Below the pieces are notes generated by a model. That model was not told the origin of the DNA. It worked only from the letters and a program-made list of their open reading frames with translations, and ran no database searches. Positions 1-14,240 of a DNA stretch of 64,000 nucleotides are shown in pieces. The translations under genes were made by a program, and so were the position numbers. This DNA is from Octopus vulgaris. Its lineage: Eukaryota. The DNA lies in contig OX597832.1 of assembly GCA_951406725.2 (NCBI GenBank), forward strand, positions 15,624,001-15,688,000. The letters are read 5' to 3'. How positions within the stretch are numbered: position 1 is the stretch's first letter; the number at the start of each line of letters is the position of its first letter.

Positions 1-285
1 ACTTGATAGAAATGTCATCTCTGGATCCTAACAGATATAAGATGCTACAGTTCTGCATATCCACTATATCCACATGTGTATCAATTCCAATTCCTTTCCG
101 TCACTTAGCAATCATTTTTGTTGTTCTACATTTTGCACCATCGACCACATGAATAATATCAGGATCTAGCTTCCTCGCTTCATTCTGATATCAAATCTGC
201 TAATATAAAAACGGGCAAAGTGTATGCTTTGAGATAGTTCCTTTGTTTTGTCTTCTATAGTGATATCTGATCTTCTTCCATCCAG
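1..285 (-). pseudogene. Highly decayed 3' end of an RLE-type (R4/Dong-like) LINE ORF
   Basis: Minus strand reads ...YQNEARKLDPDIIHVVDGA...KGIGIDTHVDIVDMQNCSIL. This loosely matches the R4/Dong C-terminus (KYQDLARE..IPVVVGALG..IGIET.I.ELQK..IL). Stops are present. Confidence 0.3.
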
Positions 286-369
286 TGTTGTTATTCGGTT
301 TTTCGTGCATTTCATTCATTTACTCACCCATTGTTTCATTCATTCGTTCATTCATTCATATAATCCTGT

Positions 370-446
370 TTCTTCTTCTTCTTCTTCTTCTTCTTCTTCT
401 TCTTTTTCTTCTTCTTCCTCCTCTTCTTCTTCTTCTTCTTCTTCTT

Positions 447-480
<34 letters not shown>

Positions 481-652
481 CACTACTACTACTACTACTC
501 CTTCTTCTACTTCTTCTTCTTCTTCTTCTTCTTCTCCCCCTCCTTCTCCTTCTCCTTCTTCTACTCCTCCTCCTTCTCATCATCCTGCTTCCTCTCCTGC
601 TTCTTCTTATTTCTTTTTCTTCTTCTCCTTCTTCTTCTTCTTCTTCTTCTTC

Positions 653-685
<33 letters not shown>

Positions 686-790
686 TCCATATTCTCCTCC
701 TCCTTCTTCTTCTTCTCCTTATTCTTCTCATTCTCCTTTGCCTTTTTCTTCTTCTCATCTTCTTCCTTTTCTTCTACTCCTTCTTTTACT
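370..790. repeat. Compound trinucleotide microsatellite (TTC)n/(CTA)n/(CCT)n/(TTA)n
   Basis: Directly visible. It generates the poly-S/T/L/R ORFs at 248-964. Confidence 0.97.
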
Positions 791-1508
791 ATTATTGTTG
801 TTGTTCATATTGTTGTTCCTGCAGCTGCTGCTCTATTTCTTTTTTTTGTTTTTATGTTGCCGATGTCTGTGTTTGGCGTTGTTTTACTTATCGCTGTTTA
901 TCGAATAAACGAGACATGTTTCTTTTCGAGTTCCAAAAGCTTTGAATTTAACAAAAGTCTGTGAATGACTTTTTTTCTCTTAAAATTATGTATTACTTTG
1001 CAAGAAAAAAAATTCTAAACCTGTCGTGTTTTGTTTCTTACTGAAATAAACATAGGAAGGTTTGCTTTTATTTTGCATCAGTTTGTGTCTTTTTCTCATT
1101 TCCGAGTTGCATACACAGTCGTGAATGAAATAAAATACGCCCCACAGACAGTATACAAAAACAGAACCCAAAGCTTTCAACAAACGAATTTTTGTGACAA
1201 AAATCCAAGCAGAAAAATACATTTTCTTCTCATAAGATATACACAAAGGATAATATAGATATAGTGCAACCAAATAAATGACTTCATTACGATCCATGAG
1301 TGCTCAACAATAATGTATTGAATTGAAGACGAATAACGTTCGGTTGCTTTGTCACCCATCAAAAACTGTCAATATGAAGTAGATGATAAATCAATGAAAT
1401 TCCCAGTAAACATATGTAGAAATGGAGAAAACTATTCTTCCGAATCATACCAATGAGGATCGGGAATGAAAGAATAATACTTAGTCTCTGTAACTAGAAA
1501 CACTTTCT

Positions 1509-1921
1509 TATTTCTATACTACCCACAAGGGGCTAAACATGGAGTGGACAAACAAGGCCACCAGAGAAAGGGATTAAGTCGATTACATCGACCCCAGTGC
1601 GTAACTGGTACTTATTTAAGCGACAGCGAATGGATGTAAGTCTAAGTTGCCCTCGGCGGAATTTGAACTCTGAACGTAGCGGCAGACGAAATACATATTT
1701 CTTTATTGCCCACAAGGAGCTATACACAGAGGGTTAAACAAAGACAAACGGATTAAGTCAATTATATCGACCTCAGTGCGTAATAAGTACTTATTTAATC
1801 GACCCCAAAAGGATGAAAGGCAAAGTCGACCTCGGCGGAATTTGAACTCAAAACGTAGCAGCAGACGAAATACCGCTAAGCATTTGCCCAGTGTGCTAAA
1901 GTTTCTGCCAACTCGCCGCCT
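1509..1921 (-). mobile_element. tRNA-derived SINE family A (MetaSINE-like core), internally duplicated (dimeric), with 14-bp target-site duplication
   Basis: Minus-strand head aaggcggcgagttggcagaa, B-box gagttcaaattcc, core gcctttcatcc..ggggtcgat..aagtac. The body is repeated twice. TSD tagaaacactttct at 1495-1508 and 1922-1935. Confidence 0.9.
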
Positions 1922-4900
1922 TAGAAACACTTTCTACTACAAAATGTCTGCTAAATGATGAATGGGGACCTAACTTTCTAGGTTGATTGACGTAACATAT
2001 ATGACCATATGCGGCAATGTTTTAGGAATGTGCAAGATCCGTCTAGTTTAAATAGACATTGTAACATAAGTATCACACTATACAATATATGATTATCCAA
2101 GGTCAAGTTTCTGGAAGCAGAAGTAACACTTGTCTATATTAGTCATCTACTAGGAATGAGTTAAAAACTAACGTAGGTGTCTTAAGAAGATGTCGACGGT
2201 AACCACAAAGTGCTCTAAGAATATTATCGCATTAAATTCTGGGGACATAAATGTTGCGAAATTTGAGTGTAGCCTATAAGCTTATAGGGTCCAATTACCT
2301 CCACACACACAAAAGGTTTCAAGTGTGGTAGGGCACTTGTCATTCCTAAGTAGTTATAGATAAATATTGTACCTGTGATGCAGAGCAGAATACTAATTTA
2401 TTATAATTCCGTAGGGACGGACAACTGGCGGTCTTTACTAACAGCTAATCAAGTGACACGATGACAGAGGTAGAACATTCACTGATTATTACACGAGCCA
2501 AAAAAAAAAAATCTAGGAACAATATAATTAGTGAATACACTGTTTCTAAGTGCTGCAATAATCTGAGCATGAGAGATAGACAAATATATAGATAGAGAGG
2601 CAGACAGCCAGCCAGACAGACAGAGACAAGATACCGAAAATTAAATAGAGAGAAATGTCGAGATAACCAGTTGAAAGTATTCCTCGAGAAGGAAACACAT
2701 GTTAAATCTTATCCTCGTGTCAGAACATTGGATGGGCTCATGATGTATGGTGAGAAGGATTTGATATTAATCTCTCTAGGCACAGTAAATCGATACATCA
2801 GCAACAACGGTGTGTTATCTTAAAATGAGATGAAATTGCAATGCTATGAAAAACAAATATAGTTTCCATTACATCGGAGAAGGCGGAAGTTGTGTTTGGG
2901 GACAAGGAATACGTCGTACCATCAAATAAAAAAATAAACATTGCTGTAACGTGTAACTTAGAGGCTTGTAGAAGACATTCTTTGAAATCGTTTCTGTATG
3001 GTAAATTAATGATTTTACTTTAAAAGCAATACATAATTTTTCAGGAGACACTATTTCATTGGGTTATGCTTTCGTGAATGCAAATAGTTATCATTTTAAA
3101 TTCAAGGAAGAATATCTTCAACGAGTGTTTTAATGTTTAGGAAAGATAGAAGTGTGTTGTGTTGACATGAAAGATACGGGAGGAGCAAATATAGGCATCA
3201 ATGAAGGAATACAGACATCTAGGGGTTCGGAGAGCAGAGTGATAAGCAAGAAATATAAAGTGAGTTGTCGTTTGTTTCAAAAATGTTTTTAAAATATATA
3301 AATTGTTTAAGGAGTAATTAAATCTAAATAGTTTTGAAACAAAATCATATAATTTATTATAATATGAATCGATACACGACTTCCCTATTGAGAAATGCAA
3401 CAAGATACATTCGGAGATATGTGACTGAAGTAAGACAAGGATCGTCATAAAAGCGGATATGATAATAAAAATAAGATCGTGACGAACAAGGTGTAGTGCA
3501 TTTATTATTATATCACGAGTGGGATTATAAAAGTCAACCTATCATTGCAAACACACATGATTATCGGGAAAAAACTGATTTGAAGATAAAAATGGAGGAA
3601 AATAACCAGGAATAGAAATTAATAGAATTTTTCGAAAGGAAAATAATATGTAAGAAAGACAGTGGTAATGTTTATTGTATCAAATTTATTAAAATTAATT
3701 TCAATGTTTCAGATCGATAAATAATTATGTAAAAATTCAACAAAATCGCATGTACTTGAGTTACTAAGGCTATTGACGTTTTAGCATACAAATTAGATTA
3801 CTAAATCCATTGCGGACAGCAAAAATAAAATTGCTTAATTCACATTTGCATATGTTTTAGATAGTGCCACCAGTATTCACTATTCTTACAACTATACTGA
3901 ATGCATATCATGTATCAGATGAAAAATTTCCCTAAGATATAAGCAAATGGTTCATTTGTGCCCAGTGATTTTTCTGTGATATTTCAAGCAACATTCATAT
4001 TCAACAATGCATGCCGAAGACATTACTTCGGGCAACACATTGTATGTGTCTTCGCTATGTAGATGTTTAAGCGTAATAGAAAAATTTCCATTAATTAAGA
4101 AGCCCCATAACTATAATGTATGAGATATATACATTTTTAGACATTGATATATATATTTTTAGACATATTTTTTAGACAGTCTTTGCCGTGTTTGTCTGCA
4201 TGTTATTAAGAATTTCAAGGCTTGAAAAGTGGAATGAATTCCATTGGCTTTTTTTTGCATCGGAATTTTTACTACAGAAGTTGTGTTGGTTGTTTCTGTT
4301 CAAAGTTTATTAAAAGTAAAGAATGAACAACCACCGTTAAATTATCATAGCCTCCATAAATGTTTCTACAACCGAGAGTAGAAAACAAACAAACAATCGA
4401 AACAAAAAAAAAGGGAAATAATTTTTCAATATATAAATAAAGAAAGGGAAATAAGTGAAAAGCAAAGCATATAAAAACTGACGTTCCAGGCATATATATG
4501 AAAAGAGGGAGCAGCATGAACCTTACGAAGAAAATGTTTCAAATAATTTTCATTATTTTTTTCCTTTCTATTTTAAAGAGGAAATATTTTCTCTTGTTTG
4601 AAGTCTTTGGAAACAATATTAGTCCATGATTTTCTTATACGCGCTTTTACAGCATTCTTTTGATTTTGCGTTTCTCTGAAGTGTTCTTGTTTCTTCGACA
4701 TCTTCAATTCCTTTTTTGTATTTAATTTCGTGCCGTTGGTGTTCATGATAATCTATTACAATTCTTATTTGAGTTTTCCTTATTCTGTTTTCTTTCATAG
4801 AAAAAAAGAAAAAAATGCTGCCGTTTACGATATTCATGGCATTACTTCCATAGCATATATTATCTTTCTGTTCTATGTAACGTAACAAATTTACTTACGG

Positions 4901-5152
4901 GCAAATTATCACAAAAACGCACACCAAATTACGAATAAACAAGCAACAATCGTATAAATGATAAATGATATAGACATAACTATTATTCACGAAATATGTT
5001 GCACATGTAATATTTTGAATAGCATTTATTTTACATTAGGTTTCCAGCCTTCCTAAGAAATTATGACGTGCATACCCTTCTTTAGAAGTACTTCATAAAG
5101 TACTGTTTCCCTCTAGTACAAATTTAAACATATTTTATAAGAAAAACTTTTC

Positions 5153-5352
5153 ACACACGGCTTAAACTATCGAGGGAGGGAGTAAGTGGATTAAATATAA
5201 CCCAGTGCACAGCCGCTATCTATTTTATCGATTCCGAAAGGAAGAAAGTCTAAGCCAACCACGACGGCGTTTAAACTGAAAACGTAAAAACCAACGAAAT
5301 GCCAATCTGTAATTTTCAGAACGTGCTTCCGATTATACCAGCATGCTCCTTC
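5153..5352 (-). mobile_element. Degenerate SINE family A copy
   Basis: cccagtgcacagccgctatctattttatcgattccgaaaggaagaaagtc...ggcgtttaaactgaaaacgtaa resembles 1509-1921. Confidence 0.65.
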
Positions 5353-7096
5353 ATATATACTTACACATTGCGAATCTATGAATCAATGAATCTGCTCTCA
5401 TATATTCAAAGACTTGAGTGCTGGATAGTTAACTTTGTTGATGACTCGCATTTACATAAGAGTGTGTATATCTTCTGAAGTTTGAATAGAAAAATATTTA
5501 AGAATTGGCAGTTGAAACTCAGAATAAAATGGGGATAAACAAGTGGGTTATCACTCATTTTATAATTGATAGAACATATGGTAGGAATTAGTAGGGTACA
5601 TCAGGGAAAACATTCCATACTTCTTACGGACGCGTAAATTCTAGTTTTTTTTTCATACATTACAAATGGAGAGTGCTAAACCGTGAAGAGCTACATTTAA
5701 ATGTTATGGATCCGAATAAGCGTGATGCACATTCGGACAAGGGAACAAACTTCTCATTGCGTTTTGTCACAGAAAATATATCCCACTTGTCAACAATGTG
5801 TATACACCTAGATGCAGCTCGCAGCGCCATCTATCTCAATTGTGAGATACTAGCATTTCTGAGTTGTTATCTCCTCACAGTTACAGACACTAGGTAGAGA
5901 ACACTACGAGCTGAATTAAGCTTTTCCTGTCACCGTACGATGACTGGTAGCGATATACGTTGTTATATCCTAAATTGTGACAGATTCTTCATTAGTGAGT
6001 TTTCATGTCATATGTTTAGCATCATAACTGCATTATACGCCGACGTATATCCCATGAGCATTGACTGAACTTACTCGAAATATAGTTAGTAGTCTTATTT
6101 TCGAAATAATGTGATTTAGGTTCCATGCATAATGCGATTTCGTGTTTCAATTATTGATCGGTGACCTCTTGGAAAATGTCCCTTGCGAATGGTGGCTTAA
6201 AAGTGAATATATATGTACATATATATTCCCCTTTCCAGAAAGTACTATATGTTGATTATACATCAGGGGTAATTGTTTAGATGTATTACATGAAACGTAT
6301 ACCTGTTCACCTTTCAGACGAATGTGAGAGTACTTCTGAGTTATTAAATGTTGTGGTTAGATGCGAAGTGTCACCATATATAAATAGTGGAACGGCGTAA
6401 TAACAACATCGAAGAAGAAAGGAAGAATATTCAAAATTTCATTTGCCGTGTGGTTAGGAAAAAACACATAATAGCGAGTGACAATATTAACGATGAGTTG
6501 GTGGCTCACTGGTAGTTGGCAGTGTATAAGCTGTGCGTTCAACAGACAGAGAGGAAACAATGTATGAATTGAATTGTCCCTTTCCATAGCTGCTGCTATC
6601 GATGCTATTGCTCCTGGTTAACGGCTGACATGAATTGAGTTGTGTGATCTCTATTATGCGTTAACCGGAGTGGGCGAGAGAGAGATATATTCTCAGTTGT
6701 ATAGAGTTATGACATGTCTTAGGCGATCGGATGTTTTTCATTAATCTCCCAGCTTGGAGATAATAGGTGTGTAAAAGTAAATGTATAGATTCGGTTTCGA
6801 ATCTCAATTACGTAGGGCTAAGCGTGCTCACACACACGCAAATAATAGAATATCATGTTTAATGCTGTAAAATAGTGACGAATGCATCGAAAGATGTGTG
6901 GGATACAGTGTAGGAGAAAAATGTAAATGAGTATATTTTAATTTTTTCTCGCTGATAAATCCCTTCTTTGCTTTCATCTAACATATACTATGGGTATAGT
7001 TTTATCTTTATATCTGTTAACATCGATTCTTAAATTCTGTTTCGCGAATTTGAGAATGAGTTCGTAATACAATGAATTTACCAGACTAGTGTATTT

Positions 7097-7423
7097 TGTG
7101 GCTCAGTGTTTAGAGCGTCGAGCTTACGATCGTGAGGTTGTGAGCTCGAATCCCGGACCGGGCTGCGTGTTGTGTTCTTAAGCAAGACACTTTATTTCAC
7201 GTTGCTCCAGTTCACTCAGCTGTAGAAATGAGTTGCGACGTCACAGGTGCCAAGCTGTATCGGCTCCTTTGACTTTCCCTTGGACAACATCGGTGATGTG
7301 GAGAGGGGAGGACGGTATGCATGGGCGACTGCTGGTCTTCCATAAACAACCTTGCCCCGACCTGTGCCTCAGAGAGTAACTTTCTAGGTGCAAACCCATG
7401 GTCAGTGTCTGACCGAAGGGGTC
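7097..7423 (+). mobile_element. tRNA-derived SINE family B (CORE-like middle), near full length
   Basis: A-box tggctcagtgtttagagc, B-box gagctcgaatccc, then gtgttcttaagcaagacactttatttcacg. Closely similar inverted copy at 28186-28494. Confidence 0.9.
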
Positions 7424-8088
7424 ACCACCACCATGTTTCATAAAGGGCATTTAGTTGCAACAGCATGACTCCGGGTTCCATAGAGGTGAGTGACATATCG
7501 ATGAAGATTACCTTATGAACGTCAACGTTCGTAGTGTGCTTTAACACTAGTAAAACTGATCAAATGATGTGGTGATCAACATCATCTTCCGTTATTTCTT
7601 CCGCCCACATTTTACAATCGAAGTGTTGTTAGCTTCACCAATTTATATATGTGGGCATAAGATCTTGTTATACTGGGAGCGAATAAAATGTATAATTTGT
7701 TCTTGATCAGATGCGTTATAGTTTATAAGAAAACAATATAATGGATAAATTACCTTTAACAATGATATATTTTATAATTCGGAAGATAACCTTGGATGAA
7801 TATTTCATCTTAATGTAGGTAGGTAGAAAGTCTTATACTCATGTAATATGAATTTCGACGTAATATTAAAAACATAGGCAGGATAAATATGTATGGTACT
7901 TGCATTGGTGCGTACCTTTCTGGCACTGAAATATATTTTAGCAACTCAGATAATATAAACAAAAAATTCACAGTAAGGATTGGGATATCTTGTCGTAATG
8001 GATTATGATTTAGTAGAAGCTATTTCCTACAACGTAGTCGTGCTCTTACTGCCATCCATAGGGATAATATGAATCCATGCGCATCAAC

Positions 8089-8163
<75 letters not shown>

Positions 8164-8208
8164 AATCAATCAATCTATCTATCTATATCCATATCAATAT
8201 ATATATGC

Positions 8209-8249
<41 letters not shown>

Positions 8250-8270
8250 GAGAGAGAGAGAGAGAGAGAT
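8089..8270. repeat. (ATCT)n/(TA)n/(AG)n compound microsatellite
   Basis: Directly visible. Confidence 0.97.
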
Positions 8271-9229
8271 ACTTACATACATGTGTGTATATATGTATAT
8301 ATATATACATATATAAACATTTATGTTTTTATTATATGTGTATGTTGTTTGTCAATGGATGTGTTTTATATGCGTACAAACGTGCACACGCATATATATT
8401 TTTACATTATTCGTCAGTTTAACGTCATCCCTTGTATATATTCAAATGTTGTATGTAATACGAAACAGGAATATTAATGTCCTCTAAGTGTTCGCGCGTA
8501 TATACTTGTGATATCTGTTTATAAAATTACACTCGGCATTATTCTGCCCTGATTTCTAATGCACATAAATTCCTTAATATATTATTAAATGCTCTTATAG
8601 AACGTGTCATAAATTATATGCTCAATCGGAATTAACGAAGGAAAATTACTGGAAATAATGGGTGATAAATATAGGTAAGCAAACGTTAGATCGAGAGAAA
8701 CAATGAAATTATTGATGGAATACGATGAATCACGTTCCTTATGTTTAGGATTTCATTTGAATTTCTGACTTTAATATTGATATATTTTGTGTAACATCAT
8801 AGCTAAAAGAGATTTATACCCAAGCGATTCATGAAATATATTAGTTGGCCAGTTTTATAACGTTTTTATAGGCTAATTCTGAGCAATGTTATCATATACT
8901 TGCAATCTATTTACATATTTGTACTTCATCACGAAAGGTATTGCCTTTATATTCCGTAGCTAATAACCGTCAAATGACTGGAATACGTATTTAGTTAGAA
9001 AGCTGTAATAAATGTTTTATTTTTTATTTTATTTTTGTATAAGATTCTTTACACTGACTGAGAAATACAAAATAATAAATATGTTTTGTGTTCATGCGGT
9101 TTTAAGAGTTTACTTAGGAGAGGAAGTTTTAGTTGTCATAGATTATTGTAATTTCAGTATATTGATAGTATATTTTTGTTCAACGAACTGACAACGTTAG
9201 TTATTTCAGAGTGAAGAAAAAATCTGTAA

Positions 9230-9660
9230 AAATACTTTGAACATACTCAAGTAAACCGGGCATTTCACAGAGCACTGCTTGCCACAATGCTATCCGAGTA
9301 AACAAATACTTTAGGGCAATGGGCATCAATAATGTTTCACATTATCTACATTTCAGAACATGCATCTGTGATATTTATTTGATCCTCATGTTAAGGAAGA
9401 TATTCAGGGGCAGTTGTTTTCAAGACATTATGATAGAAGCAATAGCAAGTGGCCTAGGAAACCTCTCTTTTGAGAATTTCCATTGGGCTTTCACCAACCG
9501 CCTAGAGTGCTACAACTAGTGCATTTAAATGAGGTGATCCGACTTTGAGCAAGATTAGAGTTGCATACGATTTAAAGGTAGTAGAAGTTTACACTCAAGT
9601 AGCTCTCAAAAGTTCTAGAATGCACCTCATATAGAGAAGAATATTAAAAGGTGCCTACTT
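9230..9660 (+). pseudogene. Possible DNA-transposase relic (Academ-like)
   Basis: MLRKIFRGSCFQDIMIEAIASG resembles a recalled LGK.F.GSGF.DI.IEA..CASGS motif. Surrounding frames are broken. Confidence 0.35.
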
Positions 9661-10087
9661 TATTGAATAACTTGATTTTGATGGTAAATTTCATGAGTCC
9701 ACGTATCGAAATTCATGGAAGCAATTTATTCATTGTCTTTCGATTTCTAGTTTTCCATATATTTTTTACTGTTTAAAAATACGTAATACGCTCTCAAAGT
9801 ATCAGTTCGATCATTTATATAGAATATATTCACAAGTAGTGAAATTAACTTAGAAAACACTTGCATATTTTCCTTTCAGCAGCACATTCATGAAGTATTT
9901 TTACTAAGGTGATAAATGTATGGGAACAAATGTGCATAATCATTGAATATGCAACACATAAATTAGACCATATGTATTTTCAACTACATCTAAAATATAT
10001 GGGTACCCTATTAATAGTATCAGATTTATTTTCTATTAATGAGATATGTATTGTTCGTTGATTTCTTGTTTGTGTGTGTGTGTGTGT

Positions 10088-10119
<32 letters not shown>

Positions 10120-10274
10120 ATAGGTGTGTTCATCGCCGATACGTGACTTTTGTAAAATTAAATACCTTGCATTTATTTAATACCGTTTATTTTCATTTTT
10201 AACAACAAAATGCCGTTTAAAACTACATGTAAATACGTTAAAGAGTTCTAGTAACGGAATGCATATCCATATAT

Positions 10275-10322
<48 letters not shown>

Positions 10323-13300
10323 ATACATACAATTATTATAGTGGTGCATACGCACATACATACTTACATACAGGCATAAATATATGCATACATAAATGGA
10401 TACGTGGATATGAATATATATGCATTACGTGTGTATATATTGCAAGGCACATTATAAGCATATGTATAGCTTCAAACTACTAAGCATAGTGACAATTTGT
10501 ACATCAACATATTTTAGGTAAACTTATATACCCAATATACCAGTATTTTCACATAATTTTATTCAAAATTTACGAGTAACAGCATAATGTTTAGGGAAGT
10601 GTATGGAAATTTGAAATAGCAGATATCGACTCCGCGAAGAAAATCTGCAGCGTACATTTGTTAAACTGTGTCTATTATGTATTTGTGAATCCATTTAATA
10701 AACCATTTCCTATTGTACACTGGTATTAGTGTGCAAAATGAATTATGTACCACCAATATATATGGCAGTTACATCCAATTATACCAAATAGCACAGTAAT
10801 AAGACTTCACAAAGAAAGACAATACTAATTGCAATAGAAGAAATTGCAATAGAAGAAATTGTAAGGAAATGGAAAGAAATAATAAACTAAAACATGTGGT
10901 ATACTTCTTGAACCATCATCTGTTATATGTAACGATAATATAATTTTGAACGTATAAGTTTCGATATTTATATTGTAATGTTTTTTAAGCTAGTGCGAAC
11001 GCATGTGTTCCATTCTGAAATTTCGCGGCATTGTAAAGATTTACTAGTTAGTTATGATCACCATCATTTTATTTAGCAAGGGAATAACAAGTGTATATTC
11101 ATAGAGATCAAGAACAGTTAAATCGTGTCGTTCCAAAATTCTCTTAAGAAAATTAAGAAAATTTCATGAACACTTTTATGCTTTATGTTTTCACTTTGTT
11201 GCATCCTGCTAAGTTTCAAATAGAGCAGCATCAGTTACTTACCAAAGTAACAATTCCCAGATGCCTCCTACATTATTGGAATGATAGTATGATGTATTCT
11301 TCATAAAACTTTGGCAACTGTTGAAACTTTGAGAAGTTTATTGTTGATTTGACTGCAGATATTAAGCAAGTACGTATATAAAACTTGCTAAACAATGTCA
11401 ATTCCTCTTGCACAGAAGATTAAAGTATTTATACGTCTATGAAAAACTTGTCTCAGATGGCATGCTATGTAATTACTTTATGAAAAGTGATAATCATATA
11501 CTCTCAGATAGAATAATAATGAATTTTAGTTTTAATATGAAGCAACCACTAAATTTGCCATAGCATGTAAGAGATCACACCCATCAATGTACACTAGATA
11601 AAGTGCGAATTATATTGCTGGTATCGCTGCAATACATTTCGCAGTTATAATTTCCGAATGTGTTGGATAGATAATTTTGGAATGTTCGTCCAAATGAGTT
11701 GCAAATCATTACGTTTATTCTCTCTTCCTGGATTAACCACCTTCAAGTTTGCGTGAAATAATATTCATCGTACATATACAATAGGCTCCAATTGAAGAGG
11801 TTTAATATTCCATTTTCAATTCTCTACTATTTTTGAAGACATGTTTCTAGTAACATATCACTCCCCGTTTGCAACTGTTTGCCTTTGACTCGTTCTTTTT
11901 CCTGAAATGTCGTGTAATAATCATTTTAATTACAGTTTTATCGGTGACACTTAAAAAAAACAAATAACTCATTTTGGCGTATTGCTCTTGAAATGAAATG
12001 CTTCCAAATATTTCCTTTTCGGGAAAATTGATAAATCCACCAATACTTTTGGAATACTTGTATCACAGTAGAGGCTACCTTACCTATGACACTGCTATTG
12101 TAATAACTATTTAAGATGTTTGTATGAGTGCACTTGTCGTTACAGCTTTTTTTTCCAATCTATTTCTTACAGTGTCTACTAATATTTTCCTTCCATTCAT
12201 TTTTCATTAAAATGTTTATCGTTACCTTCATTGCTCTTATGTTGTAAAACTAAAGTTTAGGTGTCTGCTTGATTTTTCTTCTGTTTTCAAACCGATTCTC
12301 TAAGAAATGTCCATGTCATGTTCTATCACAGGTGTAAGCAATTAATATCAGGGTTCTCTCGATAGGTATGATAGTTACTATATAAAATCTGAGAACATCA
12401 GTAACAAATTTGAACTCCGAATTATAAATATATATATAATCTAAAAACTAAATGCCAAACTGGAAACTGACATAGAACAGAAAAACTACAAAAAAGAGTA
12501 GCTTATAATTTTAGAATAAGCGACAAATAAAGATCGACTGAGTTAAATATTTTCCAGGCGTTTACTTTTAGTTGAATGTATGTATGTTAATACGGATGTG
12601 TACTGATGCAGATAATTTTGCGCTATATATTAAGTTTAAAATAATGAATTCCATTCTCTCACGTTTCATTATCTTCCTTTTTCTTTAGTATTTGATGTCT
12701 ATTTTCCTTTCATAAATTTGTTTCTGGGCGTTTTTGCACGCCTCAGCATCGTTATGAGATCTGCTATGAAGCACACAATAACTCTGGGATATTTTCACGT
12801 ATGACTACAATGAATATATACCACTCGAAAACGCTAATACATGTATATTCCAGTAGTCTTATGGAATGGTTTTATGACTAATTAATATGAAACCTAAGAT
12901 TTCTTTGTTAAGGAAACTGCAACAATATGGAGAAACAACTTAATCTGTGGTCTCACCACTGGTAGTAACATATTCAAAAGCATAAACAAAACACATATAC
13001 TAACTAATCACATATCAACATACAGACCCACATATAAATAAATGTCATGTGAACCCGAATTGATTGTCAACCGTTCATGTAATCTTTGTGCAAACATTCT
13101 TATATTCAAAGAGTCGATATAATCTAATACTCTATAAACCAATACATATATTAATTGAAGCATTCTTAGATCGTTGTAAAATGATAAAACAAAATGAAAG
13201 AACCCGATGCCTAATTCTATTTCGATAAGCACTTTAACTTATTTTATCAGAATCATTTCAATCTTGTGTTGTTTATTAACTAGTGTCCATTAGATATAGT

Positions 13301-14033
13301 TGAATATCATCCAGTATATTATATAAAAAATGCGACCACATCAAACAACGATATATTCGATCGCAATAGCAAAGAAATGAGATTCAAATCAAACGCCGTG
13401 TCATTCGCAGTGTGACTATGTTGGAAAATATGATTTGACCAGGAGTGCCACTAACGTCAAGCAGTCATGTTTCCAAACCCTGGGATTTAATTCCTTATTT
13501 ATTTAGTTAATTGTTCATTGATAAGTGTTAGTGGAAGAGCAATACACTTCCAATGAATTTTTTGTATCATAAATTGGCCACCTTTATGTAGTTGTCTATT
13601 TTCTCTTCATCCATTTCAGAAGAGATTGAACAAATTTAGATAGGGACAAAAACGACAAAATGCCGATATGTGACATCTAGGATCATATCGAGTATCTCGA
13701 CTCTTGTATTCAGAGAAAAATTCTTGTAGATAGCTCGAGGTTATAGACGTTCTCATCCTAATTCATCAAATATATTGTAAGCATTAAAATAGCAAGGCAC
13801 TTCATAATGGTGGATATCATAACCAGCGGGTTCCATAAAAAAGACCTTACGTAATACCAACACTCATATGATGTGACTTTCAGTGAATAACTATGTTATT
13901 CTCCAATGCTTTCTCCACATAGAACGTACATCTTCATCTACATAGACTTATATACACATATAATAGAAGAAAAACATTGGCACATATATATGCATACATG
14001 ACTTTGCGTGTGTCAATATTTACATATCTGCAA

Positions 14034-14240
14034 AGAGGCGAGCTGGCAGAATCGTTAGCATGCAAGGTGAAATGCTTGGTGGTATTTTGTCCATTTTCAT
14101 ATTCTGAGTTCAAATTCCGCTGAGGTCGATTTCGCCTTTAGGGGTCAATAAAATAAATGCCTTTTGAATACTGGGCTCGGTGTTCTCGACTTGAACATTA
14201 CCAAGAGCTTACTGGCCTTTTGACAAAATTTGAAACCAGT
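14034..14240 (+). mobile_element. Degenerate SINE family A copy
   Basis: aggcgagctggcagaatcgttagc...ttctgagttcaaattccgctgaggtcgatttcgcc. Confidence 0.85.

Noticed and set aside
248-964. 238-aa and 207-aa ORFs
   Set aside because: Translations of trinucleotide microsatellites with no domain content.
2080-2460. MIIQGQVSGSRS, possible RTE LINE 3' remnant
   Set aside because: A single short motif; insufficient support.
6518-6540. tggcagtgtataagctg resembling miR-34/449
   Set aside because: No complementary star arm nearby.
7097-7165. tRNA-like sequence (also 28425-28494)
   Set aside because: It is the head of SINE family B, continuing into the SINE body without a terminator.
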